From Octopus bimaculoides (lineage: Eukaryota), in the NCBI RefSeq assembly GCF_001194135.2, contig NC_068982.1:163027572-163071975 (forward strand): a stretch of 44,404 bases of DNA, in the 5' to 3' direction. The notes under the pieces are model-generated. The model was not told the DNA's origin. It did not search any database and worked only from the letters and a program-made list of their open reading frames with translations. Of this stretch, positions 24,214 through 36,644 are shown piece after piece. The translations under genes were made by a program, and so were the position numbers. Positions within the stretch are counted from its first letter, which is position 1. Each line of letters starts with the position of its first letter.

Positions 24214-25348
24214 GACTAACTTGTAACATGCAGTGTCTGTGTGTGTGTGTGTGTAGGGCAATCATTATCATTTTAGTATTTATTTCTCCAGTTTGTGCAA
24301 TATATTGTCATTTATCATGATCTTTAGCACAGTGATGGTAAGTGGGTGACTGTTATGGGACTGGTTATCTGGTGGTGGGGTATGAAGTAGTGGGTGGCTT
24401 GATGTGGAAGTGGTGATATGACTGGCTGACTTTATGTGAGAATGTTGTTGGAGTACGTGGCAGAACAGTAGGTGATCTGATATAGAGAGTATAATTATTT
24501 TAAAGTGTATCAAATGAAACCTGAGGAAACTAGGAATGGCTGACATCAGCAACAACCAGAAGATAAAACTAGTTAAATAAGCTGTATTTTGTAAAGAGAG
24601 GTGAGTCCTAATGCATTATGAAGAGACGTTCCTTGAATAAAGGTCTTGTGTGTCTTGTTAGATGTCACCTCTCTTTGCAACCAGAAATATTTTGTCTCAA
24701 GTCATCCTGGAAGTTTAAATGTAAAAGAAGAAAATTGACAAAAAATGAAAATATTCTTTGAATTCTTTATTTTATTCTTGGAATTGTTTCAACAAATATT
24801 ACACTTGACATTAATATTGTTCATAAAAATACATTTAATTATAATTAAAAATGAACTTAATGAAATTTTAATGCATTGAAACTGAATCTGGAATCTTTTT
24901 TTTTTTTATACAACTGATTAAGTACAAATAATTCAATTTTTGTAATGAGCAAAAACCATGAGACAATGAACCTAATTCATTGTCTTGTGTTAGCAAGTAT
25001 GAGAATTGCATAAAGTTCTGAGTCTTGTAATTTGAGTAATCTCTAAATAAAATTGGCATAAGCATCCAATGTTTTGACTTAAAAATCAGCTTTTGCCGGC
25101 TCCAATACATCAGAAGCTGTTTTTTTCAAAATCTTTAACCTGTTCAAAATGTAATATTGTCTTATTTAAAGATATTGAATTAATATTTTGAATAATTAGT
25201 ACATATAATTTCTTAAAGAATTTTCTTATTTCATATTTTTTAAAGAAATTTCTCTCCAAATTAATTGCAATTTTTTAAATACTGATTATTATATTAAACG
25301 ACCTAATTATTTATTTATTTTTTTTTTGTTTTTACTCAAAAAAGAAAA

Positions 25349-25410
25349 GAATAGTATCTATGTGAGAGTGATGTCATCAGAGGTAATGACATTGATATAT
25401 TGGTAGAAGG
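25349..25410 (+). repeat. Second fragment of the repeat at 13395-13443
   Basis: Shared gaatagt...gtgagagtgatg.catc...gatatattggtagaagg. Confidence 0.6.
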
Positions 25411-25499
25411 CTCTTTGTAAGAAAGGTTAGATTCGTATGTGAGGTTGGAGTCTAAGAATTTACTCCCCCCCGTTGAAAATTACCTCCCTTCATGAATAT

Positions 25500-25635
25500 T
25501 CTTTTCTACTCAAGGCACTAGACCCGAAATTTTGGGGGAAGGGGCTAGTCGATTAGATCGACCCCAGTGCGCAACTGGTACTTAATTTATTGACCCCGAA
25601 AGGATGAAAGGCAAAGCTGACCTTGGCAGAATTTT
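25500..25635 (-). mobile_element. tRNA-derived SINE, relatively young copy
   Basis: aaggcactagacccgaaatttt...gctagtcgattagatcgaccccagtgcgcaactggtacttaatttattgaccccgaaaggatgaaaggcaaag; CpGs retained. Confidence 0.75.
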
Positions 25636-26118
25636 AATATTGTCTATGAGATATTTGTAACATCCAATTAAAAAAAAAAACCTCTATTTCTACCTTTAGT
25701 CAAAATTTTACTGGCTAAACGATCACAACATAATTATCTATGTCAGTGTTAAACTTTAGATACCGATATGAATCTTGGTTGGCCATAAATGACCATATTT
25801 TACACAGTATTTTGCTTACATTCATTATATCTATAGCACATACACATACACACATTTAGGCTTTCAGATTTAGACATCTAAACAGCCAAGAAAAATTACT
25901 GTTAGATATTATAAACTAGAGTTTATTCTTTATATAAACTTTATCTGAAGCTTCAAGTTGTTTTTCTTTAAATAAAGTTTTTAAATTTATGTGTACCTTT
26001 TCTAGTCTTTTTGAATAATTTTTCAAGAGTCAAAGTGTAACATACAAATTTAACATGCTACTCACACGGTTGATGATGAACAAAACAGCTAACATGGTGT
26101 TATACTTGTAATATTTAT

Positions 26119-26286
26119 TTAATTGCTGAAATTGGTTAACAGAAATTTCCATTTCTCAAGTTTTTCACTGTTGATATTAATTTCATCTTCATCGTTATCA
26201 CTGCTTTCATCTCTTAAGTCCAAATCTAAATGTATGTTTTGATGAACCAACAACTTATAACCTGGTTTGGGTTGTTTTTGTAAAGT
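26119..26286 (-). CDS. CNB-domain gene, putative terminal exon
   Basis: Acceptor tttaaatttacag, phase 0; TLQKQPKPGYKLLVHQNIHLDLDLRDESSDNDEDEININSEKLEKWKFLLTNFSN*; minus-strand AATAAA near 25922-25927. An alternative acceptor slightly upstream is possible. Confidence 0.65.
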   Translation of the reverse strand, partial: TLQKQPKPGYKLLVHQNIHLDLDLRDESSDNDEDEININSEKLEKWKFLLTNFSN

Positions 26287-28412
26287 CTGTAAATTTAAAT
26301 CATTCAAATAAACATCAGCATTATTAAATGATTGATTCTTGTGTCAATTTTTATGAAGAATTTGAAGTAAGAACCTAGCTGAGATTCAAATTATAGTTCT
26401 CAGATTTTCCCACTCTAGAATCACAACCTAAAATATTTCCATAAAAGGGAAAGATCTGCCATAAAAGATATTAGTACCTATGTAAATATGGTTTGAATAA
26501 CCAGCATGAGCTGATTTATTGACCAAGTTTTCTCAGCAAATTAATTCTAGAACCTTCTGGGCCAATGATTATCTAAAGGTGAGAAAATTCAACTTAGTGC
26601 AGAGCTATCCCAGTTTTATATGGTTGTGTTGCTTTTCCTTTGTATGACAATCTCTCTTCTCGCACTTATTCTGGCAACTTCAGGATTTGCACAAGTCAGT
26701 TGTTTTTCCCATCTATTAACTCACTTATCTTTCTCTTCTATTCACAGGCTTTAACTAGTAATGTCAAAACAAATATTCAGTATATGCAATGATTCATATG
26801 CCCTGTATCACTTACATAATATCAATTTATTGAATATGCATATGTAAGTACAATGTTGTGGTAAATAAGATATTTGGGAACTCTGTCAAATCTTAGTGTT
26901 TTTATTGTCAACATATATAACCTAATAGCTTAGCTGATGTAAGAACATTGAGAAAAGAAGCTAGGACAAACAACTACACGAAAGACTTCTCTTGAAGTGA
27001 GGGGAACATTTAGAATAAGATTTAGGAGCAAGAATACTAAACTACTGAAGTTCTCTATTTAATTTTTATCAAATTTAACACTGGCCAAAGAATTGACAGT
27101 TAACATCCATCCTATTATCAACACTGTTTTATGGCCTTGACCAAGATGCATATCATTAGCACATTCTATGTAGCTATAAATAGGTATACTAGATGAATAA
27201 AGCTAACCTCTATAAGCAGAAGGAGCATAGTTACATGATTTTATATTTCAAAAGTAACTCAAACTCATATGGATGTCAAAAGGAAGCAGAAAGTCATTTC
27301 AATACTTAACCTCAGGCCAACATGTCCACTATTAATCTATTTTATATTGAGCCTTGGACATTGGCTCAAATAACTGTGACAAGGAACCTCTACATGGTTA
27401 CTTGACATGCTAAAAGTAGTGGGCAAATCTCCCTTGTCACACCCTATATAGTTTTAAAAATAAGAACACATTGGGTTATATAGTTATAGGTGCACTGTTT
27501 CTGGACAAATAATGGAATGATCAGAGCCTTCAATAATTGGTCAGAGTGGGACTGAAGCCAACAACCATAGCTGGCTCTATTTTCAGCATATTATATCACC
27601 ATATACTCCTCACACAGACTTTTACTACCAAATGGATGTCTTCCTTAGCTAAGAGAAATGTAATGTATCCCAGTAATATAAAATTCATTGTATAATCCAG
27701 TATGTACAAAAACGAACATAATCATATCATTTATGGAATTCGTGGTACTTTAGTTGTGCATGTGTTTTGTGTACTGTTCTATTTTAAGTAATATATTATC
27801 ATTGTAAAACTCATTTGTTAAAGGTTTAGGAAAGTATTGACACTTCTTAGTTACTGCTTTCACTAAATGAGGCTTGAAAAAAGGAAATATCAATGGAATG
27901 GGTAGTTGTTATGCTGTTTAACTGCAAGCCATCCCTGGTCAAGCAAACCTATAGTCAAAGGTATTCCAGCCATTATCTCTAGTCTTTTTCCTATATCTAG
28001 CATTGTATTCAGTGTGTCCTTTTTTCTCATGATAGTAAGATGTTATTTGAGACAGATTTGACTACTATTGCCATTAACCACCTAGAGGCTCACTCAATGA
28101 TTCATGATAGGTGTTAGTACTAGAGAATGAGAACATGTAAACTTAAAGATTCATTCTTTAGCGATGTGAGAAGCCTTTTAATAAATAAGAGTTTTTAGAT
28201 GGTTAAGTTGTCAGAAACAGCTCAACAGTGGATTAAATATATTTCAGTGTTTAGTTTCATTCCTTTATTATCTGGATTTAAATCTTGTGAGGTAAAAGAA
28301 CCTTCTGGAATACTATTCACTCATCATTTCTTCAGCCCTACCATTTCCATTACTAATAGTATCTTCAGACATTCATCATACACATTGAATCAATAATTCT
28401 TAGGTTACTCAC

Positions 28413-28587
28413 CTCAAGAGAAATGCGATGAAGAGGAGGTAATGTACCTATTTTTTGGGGATTGGCTTCCTTCAACCAGTTTCTTATACATTGTTCTAAA
28501 TCTTGTAAACTAGTAGAAATGCTCGAATAACAATCTTCTGTTGAATTGTTATTACTGTTTTGGAATGTAGAGAAGATAATGTTAGAT
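28413..28587 (-). CDS. CNB-domain gene exon
   Basis: Acceptor cattttataaag, starts in phase 2; SNIIFSTFQNSNNNSTEDCYSSISTSLQDLEQCIRNWLKEANPQKIGTLPPLHRISLE; donor gtgagt, phase 0; 175 nt fits both neighbours. Confidence 0.75.
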
Positions 28588-30179
28588 CTTTATAAAATGA
28601 ATGGAAACTATTATTATACTCATCAATGATCACTTTTAGTATGACAATAAAACAACAACAGAATATGCACTAAAAGATTACATCATTCAGAGACAACTGA
28701 GTGCGTCAATAAAGTATCTTGTGAATATACTAGATCTTAATCTAATGAAAAATATTTACTTAACTATGGCATGCTTTACTATTTGATCTCAGTTTTGGTT
28801 TTTAGTATACTGTTGTTAGTGTTGATGTTGTTTAGCCCAGGTCAGCCCTGATTCTGGTAAGTATAAGATCAAATATATTCCTATCATGATCATCTTGTAT
28901 ATCTTTATGACAATAGGATGTGATATGAGGGATATTTGGCTTCTATTTCTTGCAGGTTGAGCAACTATATCAATGATTTCTTGTTAGCTTGTAAAATCAG
29001 TACCTCTGTATGGCTAGCGTGCTACAGTATTGCAAGTTAAACTCATCTTTTGCAAAAGATTTCTATGGTTTGGGTTTCTGCAGTTTCTGACTATAAATGG
29101 TAGTTCACAAACTAATATGTTATTCACTCAGCACTGGCCAATCTGTTTTTGTTATTGGTCCTTATCTGTGGCAGGATTATCAGGTTCATTAAATCTAGTA
29201 TAGTATCTACCCAGATTGTCATAATCTTGTAAAATGTATGCCTTATTCATAACACCTCTAACATAATAATGCCCTGTAGTCTAATTTTTGTGGATAGAAA
29301 GAGTGACTAGTGATTGTATTTGGTATCTTCAAAACCATGTCCAATAAAATTATTATTTTGGACCTAAAATGATATCACTTGAGATAATCTGCATTCTTGC
29401 TATTAACCATTAACTTATTATTCTTTGTAGAAAATTAACTCTCAGTCCAAAAAGAGATGTTTAGCATCACTTTATCTGTTAATATTTCACTCATTGTCCA
29501 AGCCTCACTACAATGCCAGTTATGAAGAGCATTTCTGCTACCTTCCACGCCACATAATACAATACCTATAACAGCAGAAAGTTGAGCTCCTAAGATAGTA
29601 TGGATGACTGTGTGACTAAAATCATTAACAACTATCACTTGGGAGTTTGAATCATTGCTTTTTAGTCCTGCTACTAGAGATGTAGTTTCAAAACTTCCCA
29701 GTTCTCAAGAGCTTATTTAAAATTGCAGCATCATAAAAAAAAGTATAATATAAGAAGTTTTACAGCAGTAAATCTACAAGATAACCTTCTTTTGACAATA
29801 CATTCTTCTTCTTGAAGATATGTATGCATTACATAATCCATTACAATTATGGAGAAGGTGCAATTGTGTCCTCTTGTCGTATGCCTAAAGATGTCTTAGA
29901 TTCATTAGTTTTCAGAAGAAATAGAAATAAAGGCATTGTTATTAGTACAGAAGGCCATAAAAGTATTAATGAATGAATTTAGCACATCAAAGAAGCTTAG
30001 AATTGCTGCCCTCTTTACAGAATCATTTCTTTATGTGAAAATATAATATTTAGCATGTTTTCTGTGATACCATTATTTGACTTATAATGACAGACCACTG
30101 TCCATTTGTTAATTCCTAAATTTATATGGTGCTTTGATATGGTATTGTGAGTGATAGCAAAAACAGACTAATGAATTAT

Positions 30180-30218
30180 TTATGTCTGTCTGTCTGCCTG
30201 CCTGCCTGCCTGCCTGTT

Positions 30219-30256
<38 letters not shown>

Positions 30257-30291
30257 TCTACGTATACATATGTGTATGTATGTATGCACAA

Positions 30292-30370
<79 letters not shown>
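30180..30370. repeat. Compound microsatellite (TGTC/TGCC/TATC/TA/GA)
   Basis: Direct reading. Confidence 0.95.
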
Positions 30371-30510
30371 AAGGTGGGGATAAGATTGAAAAGGGTTGAA
30401 CAAGAGAACTTTCTGCCGTTCAAAGGGTAGGGAAAATAGAAAATGAAATAAATTTTGAAATATTTTTCAATTAGAAAATTATTTCAATACATGCATATGT
30501 TAAACCTTAC

Positions 30511-31018
30511 CTTGATTTCTTACCAGATATTAATGTATCATTAGAAGGCTTCTCAAAAACTTGATTGTTGATAGGTATTTGTGGAAATAAGCATTTCTGA
30601 ACTTTGGTCTTAATTTTCTTAGGAAACTTCTTTTGTTGTATAAGGAAGAAAATATTTGCTAATGGTTGTTTATGTAATAAATGTCTTGTTTGCAATCGTG
30701 AAATATCTAGTTTGAAATTAAATGTAGTATTTCTGAATTCCTGAAGATTACTGCACTTTCGGGGTTGCTCTAAATCCTGCTTTAATCTGTTATGTAGATA
30801 TGCTAGTAAGGGTATTTTTTGTTGACAGTCTGTCAATAGGGACAGTCTTGAACAAAGTTTTAAATCCAATTGTCTACGCATGCAATCTACTGTTTCAACA
30901 TGATGACGTACAAATAAGCGTTCAAAATGTTTCATTTCCAGAACAATGAGTTCTGTCCTTTCTGAACTAATTACTGTATGTAGATTGGTGTCCAATTTCA
31001 GCAACACTTCTGTATCAC
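30511..31018 (-). CDS. CNB-domain gene exon (end of degenerate second CNB domain plus C-terminal region)
   Basis: Acceptor atgattgcag, phase 1 (G+GT); DTEVLLKLDTNLHTVISSERTELIVLEMKHFERLFVRHHVETVDCMR...KKS; donor gtaagg after AG (phase 2); lies within ORF 30507-31109. Confidence 0.85.
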
Positions 31019-31489
31019 CTGCAATCATATAGAAACTATTCTGAAATCTGAATGTACATACCTGTGCATATATATAATTACAATCTCTCTCATGTTTACT
31101 CACACACAATTATCATTCAGTTTGTTTAGTTAACAACATTTTTAATTTGAACACACACATACACCACCACCAACACCATCACCATTGTTTTAACATCCAC
31201 ATTTCTGTGCTTGAATGGGTCAAGTGAAATTTTCTATGGCTGGATGCTGTTTCTGTCACCAACTCTCACCCATTTCCAAACATATTAATATTTTTCCTAG
31301 TCCTTCAGCATAAACGGTTGGATATGTTTTCATGGAAGATTGTAGACGAACAATATTGATTATATGATGGTGACCTTGTTTATAATCAGTGAGCAATGTC
31401 ACAAATACTGATACACACATTCAATCACACATGTGCACACACAAACACACACACACACACACGCATGCATGCATATGTGCATGTGTTGT

Positions 31490-31640
31490 ACTTCTTTCAG
31501 TTTCCATTTACTAAATCAACTTAAAAGGCTTCGATTAGTACAGAGCTCTAGTAGAAGATATGTACTCAAATTGCTATATTGTGGGACTGAACCAGAAACC
31601 ACATGACTATGAGGCAAATTTCTTAACTATTTTGGCAATG
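31490..31640 (-). mobile_element. tRNA-derived SINE head, decayed
   Basis: Homologous to 7718-7850 (tgggactgaacc...accacatg...ttcttaac). Confidence 0.55.
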
Positions 31641-32294
31641 GCATATTTATTATTTTTCTATTATGAAACACAAGCACAGGTAAGTTAATTATTCAATTTT
31701 TTGCTTAGTTAGTTTCTGTTATCACAAGATACTTTCCATTAATACTGGTGCATACAATTTAATACAACTTGAAAAATGATTCTGCCAAAGTACAACATAC
31801 AATAATTTAAATTGAAATCTGTTTTGTAGAAATATGCAAAGAATATCATGTAAAAAAAAATACTTAAAAAAATAGATGAAATGTGATGTTGTGTATATAT
31901 GTCATCTGTATGTGTCTATATCAAATCTTTCCCTTATTTCCAAAGTCATCCAAACAAGGGGTTTGGGAATCTGTGATTGATGTTTGTGAGACTAGAAACA
32001 GTTTTGAAAATTTGAAAATAGTGTTAGCACAAAATTTCTAATAGTTGCCACAAGAACGTTTATGCTATGACTTGCATTTTTGAAATTAATTAATGCTCTT
32101 AAAAAGTTATAAATATTTAACCATATTAGAGAAAATAGTAGGTACTTGAGAATTATTTTTAAGATACATTCAAAAAAATTTTTTGTTTGAACTGATTGGT
32201 CCTAGAAAGTGATGCATTTCCTAAAACAATATATAACTATTTGCTTGCAGCCAATCCAGCCTATATATAGAATTTTAAAAAATTCATTATTTAC

Positions 32295-32401
32295 CAATTA
32301 TTTCATTTATACCAAGATTGCACAAATGAATGGTTTTAGAAGCTTGTCTTCGTGATTTCAATCTGGAAATATTCTTAAAATTGTCTGTAGTTTCATGCTG
32401 A
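32295..32401 (-). CDS. CNB-domain gene exon
   Basis: Acceptor gtttaacag; QHETTDNFKNISRLKSRRQASKTIHLCNLGINEII-G; donor gtaaat; phases 2 to 1 join to GDTEV. Confidence 0.8.
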
Positions 32402-33229
32402 CTGTTAAACAAACAAACACACACATATATAATTATATGATTTTGGTAATGAACTGCATTTAGTTATCAATTATGAGTATAAATTTGGATACTAATTGAA
32501 GGTAAAGTATTTTGTGTTGGTTTATATCCATGTTTACATGTCTTGGTCTTGTTTTAGTCAATGTACTTGTCAGTATTACCTGAATACTGTATACAATAAG
32601 TTCATTATCATTACTGATTCAATTATATCAAAATTTATTAGAATTAATGTAGTACAAAAACTTGTGTAACTGTGAAAACGATTTCTTATGGAAATATACT
32701 TAGAAATAATTTTAGCATTCAGTTTGCTGAAGTGAAATAGAACAACAGGATTTAATAAGAGGGCTAAAAAAACATCAGTTGGCATGCTTCACTGAGATTG
32801 CAAAGTAAATCTGAAGGATTGGTAAATTCAGAGAAGATGGAAATACAACTGATATTTTAAGACACAAGATGTCTTAAACTATTCTAGTCAGGCATTTCAG
32901 TCACAAACATTTCTTGCCTTGATTTCAAACAATGTGTTTAGAATTATATTGTCCAATGTGTTCTTCAAGATGGTTGAGCGTGATTTGAAGATGCCTTAGA
33001 TGTTATTTTCAATTGATTTCCCAACTATGTTACAGGTCTCTGTCATTGGCTGTGTTTATTTTATGGCTTACTCCATGGGTGAGTGTTGTGTTCATGGTCT
33101 TTGTAGACCCTCAGAATTTACTCAATTGCATACATTCAAACTAGATCCCTAGTACACTTCCTTTCCATTTCTCTATAAATTTTGATGTACAAATGTTGAG
33201 GTTAAGCATGAACCACTTAACTCACCTCT

Positions 33230-33890
33230 CCTACAAATATGTAAGAAATGTAAGAAATGCATATTACATATAATGTAAGAAATCAAAATGGCTGTGTGAA
33301 TAGAATTAAATTTCCCTGTAGCACTGTCCACAAGGCTTTTCTGAGAATCATCATCCTTTTATGTATATTTTCCCATAATTGTATGAGTTGGAAATGTTTT
33401 CACCAGAACTGTATTTTGCCATTTGCTGTAGTTACTTGTCATCTCCTTCATGTGTTCAGCATCCTAAAATCAGCCCTTTCCACATATCTGTGCCAGTGCA
33501 AGCTTCTCTCTTGCACACTGCAGTTGATACTTCTGATACCCAACTTTTTATCTCTTCAGTTCATTTGTGCTCTGTTGTTCATGTGTGCTAACATTACACA
33601 TCCACTGCAATATCTATCCACCCTGTAAACATCATTTGTATTTAATACCTATATTTCACTTCTATGCAGTATTCCATTTCATACACAAGCTTCATGCAAT
33701 ATGCCCTTCACTCATAGAGAGAAACCCTTTGGTTCCTATATCTCCCTGAACTTTTTCTATTTCATCATTACTATAACTCTTATAGCTTTGTAAGACTCAC
33801 TTCCATTGTTAATTAGGTTACCTAGTGAACTGAAGTTGTCAACTATTTCTAGTAAGCCCTCTTGATATTTGACTGTTATATATTAACAGA
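33230..33890 (-). mobile_element. Decayed RTE LINE fragment
   Basis: Minus frames give LEIVDNFSSLGNLI, FSL*VKGILHEACV*...LHRSE and ERSLHWHRYV, all RTE RT C-terminal motifs. Confidence 0.7.
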
Positions 33891-34332
33891 GCAGATTTAC
33901 ACAGAATACAAAGGCACAGAAAACTAAGGGGAGAAGGTATGGTACTACAGGTTTCATAGCTATTTCTGGGGGCTCAGAATTACATAATAATGTTGGCAGC
34001 TGGAGTTTGCACAAAGTCAAGAATGTGCAATGAGTAGCAGATGCACATAAACATTTTAGTAAATCTGGCCGCCGTCTTCAGGGTGGAGAGATTGACATCT
34101 GACATTTCCTATCAATAGACTATGGCCATACTGGGGCACTACCTTCAAAATTATAAGCAATGACATCAATCCTAGTACTTGACTGGTAATTGATCACAAA
34201 AAGAGAAAAATGAAAGGCGAAGTTTATGTGGGCATAATTTGAACTCAGAATGTAAAGGGACATAATCAAAAGTTATAAACATGCACTACCAATTTTGTCA
34301 TCTGCTAGATAGTTGTATAAATGTAGAAATAC

Positions 34333-34449
34333 TATACTTGCTGTATTGAAGACACTGTAGATGTTGTCAAATTGCTTTGCATAAATGGAATAAACTGGGG
34401 ATATTGTAAAGCATGGAGCCTCGGATTGTAAAATATTCCAACTTGTCCC
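34333..34449 (-). CDS. CNB-domain gene exon (3' boundary uncertain)
   Basis: Acceptor ttctcttttag; AC+G gives IYFVLT-GQVGIFYNPRLHALQYPQF...; a phase-2 donor is required and the best GT candidate is gtattt at 34332. Confidence 0.7.
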
Positions 34450-34866
34450 CTAAAAGAGAATGATAAACATCCATTTATAAATAATAACAGAGTGTATATA
34501 CATATATATNNNNNNNNNNNNNNNNNNNNNNNNNNNNNNNNNNNNNNNNNNNNNNNNNNNNNNNNNNNNNNNNNNNNNNNNNNNNNNNNNNNNNNNNNNN
34601 NNNNNNNNNNNNNNNNNNNNNNNNNNNNNNNNNNNNNNNNNNNNNNNNNNNNNNNNATAATGGGAGATTTTGGTATCCAGAAGACTCAAAAGGCAGGTAA
34701 GGCTATGTAAGTGCTATGGAAGGACCGCTGTTAGACTCCTGGTTTGATAATAGTATGAGTGAGAAGTCTAATGCAGGTCATGTGTGAGAGTGTATATATT
34801 AAATAAAATGAGACAACAAAGCCTAGGCAGTGAGAGCTTTCTAGGACATTTATAAAGTGAAAGGTA

Positions 34867-34914
34867 GTCTTACAGCTGTTTCATGGATATAGAAAACATC
34901 TCATCATCAGAGAC
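34867..34914 (-). ncRNA. Type I hammerhead ribozyme motif, degenerate stem II
   Basis: Minus strand GTCT-CTGATGA-[21 nt]-GAAAC-AGCT-GTA-AGAC; stem I GTCT/AGAC and GUA cleavage triplet. Confidence 0.6.
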
Positions 34915-35073
34915 GATATGAGAGAGTTAAATAGTAGAAAATAGTAGATTAGAAAGTTGAACTGTGAACTTTTATGTTTCTTTTTTCTTCTCTCCCTTTA
35001 TCTCCTTATTCCTTTACTCCTGTCCTCTATGTCATCATTTCATTAATCTATACCCTTCTCATTTTCCCTATTT

Positions 35074-35129
35074 GTCTCTGATGAGGGAATATCCCATACT
35101 CTGGGATATTCCAGAAACAGCTGTAAGAC
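35074..35129 (+). ncRNA. Type I hammerhead ribozyme motif
   Basis: GTCT-CTGATGA-G-GGAATATCCCA-tactc-TGGGATATTCC-A-GAAAC-AGCT-GTA-AGAC: full core, 11-bp stem II, palindromic minimal stem III and 4-bp stem I. Positions 10.1-11.1 are G.A instead of G-C. Confidence 0.8.
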
Positions 35130-35639
35130 TTCGAATTTTTTTAATAATAATAATGTATATGACTCGAGATGTTTGCCTTGCCTTAACGTTTGTTGTCCTC
35201 TTTAACAATTATATATATATGTATATATATATATATAAATATATATATATATATTTGTAAATGTAATCATTATATCATATATTTGTCTGTTTGTCTACCT
35301 GATTGTTTTCTTACTCTCTCTCCTGTTAATAATATTCTATAAAGTAGCATGGATATTTATTGTTAGTTGTGTAGCAATTACTGCAGGTTTGTTGTTGCAA
35401 CTATATGACTTATCTGTTTCATAGTTCAGGCAAATTTTAACTCCATGTAAATAATAAGACATAGACAAAGCAGGGAGCAAGTAGCACATGTGATGTCATC
35501 TAGGGAATCTGTCATAAATAAAATTCTTCTGCCAACTTGAACCAATTGCTGAGAAGATGCCATCAAAGTATTATTCCTCTTCTGTTTCTGAATGAGGTAA
35601 GCCTGTATGCCACTGTATCCTTCTCTATTAGAATTTTTA

Positions 35640-35897
35640 CTGCTGTCCACCACAGCAGAATTGATATTGGTAATGATGCCATGTAAAAAGCTCTGGTGCT
35701 GTTGCTCCGTAAAATACATTGGTGCTGGTGCCACATAAAAAGCACCCAGTACACTCTGTAAAGTGGTTGGTGTTAGGAAGGGCATCCAGCTGTAGAAACC
35801 ATACCAGAACAGACGATTGAGAGTGGTGTGGCCCCCTGGACTTCCCAGCTCCTGTCAAACCATCCTATTCATGCCAACATAGAAAAACAGACATTAA

Positions 35898-35978
<81 letters not shown>
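35640..35978 (+). mobile_element. RTE LINE 3'-tail repeat with (GAT)n tail
   Basis: aaaaagcacccagtacactctgtaaagtggttggtgttaggaagggcatccagctgtagaaacc followed by a long (GAT)n. Confidence 0.8.
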
Positions 35979-35980
<2 letters not shown>

Positions 35981-36644
35981 TTCACACAATATAATTAAAA
36001 TTTCAAAATTTTAATTTTTCTTTGCATCTATTCACAATTCTCTTCAAACCTGATAACAAATTTCACACTATATGGAATAGTACAGTTGCTATACAACTCT
36101 TTTTTAAGTAGAAAAGAAATCTTTCGCCTGGATTGTATGCTGCACCTGCCACACAATTCTCTTAAAATAGTAAAACAGATTTTTGTTTGTATTGTATGAA
36201 ATTTCTGCATTGAACCTTAACAAACTCTCCTGTTTCTCTTCTGTACTTACATACTTCTGGATTACAAGAAGTAAGTAAATGCTTTTTTGAGTGGAAAAAA
36301 CTATTTTAATACTTGACAATGACCTCAAATGAGCAAAATAATTTTTTTTTTTTTTTTTGCAGAGAAATGTCATGACAGATTTTAGTTGGCATGATAAAAT
36401 GTATTCTCTAATACTTTCAGTTACGAAGAGATAAATATGAGCTGGAGCTAGTCAGTTCATATGATTCTAAGTAGGGAAACCTTATTTGATTACACTCTTG
36501 ATGAAGTTTGCATAAGCTTAGTCCATATAAACTATTTATTTTATTTGAATGAAATTGTTATTGTGTTGGAATGAACAATCTTTTTCATTCTGTATTCTTG
36601 TATCATTTAACTTATTTTATCTATCAATATTTATTTATGTTTAA

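Noticed and set aside
28588-28632. Upstream alternative acceptor giving IIDEYNN...
   Set aside because: That frame hits TAG before the donor; only the acceptor at 28587 gives an open 175-nt exon
30147-30430. ORFs with [12 protein letters not shown] repeats
   Set aside because: Compound microsatellite
32576-32785. 69-aa minus ORF and the 29435-29638 ORF as CNB-gene exons
   Set aside because: Not needed for phase continuity and no family resemblance
33257-33749. Plus-strand Cys/Leu-rich ORFs
   Set aside because: Antisense shadows of a decayed RTE fragment
36040-36330. Minus-strand exon-like segments (ELCGRCSIQ... and GHCQVLK) as missing CNB-gene exons
   Set aside because: GHCQVLK is bracketed by in-frame stops with no usable acceptor. 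The exon at 34449 provides the expected T-G junction with a much better acceptor. An extra exon cannot be fully excluded.
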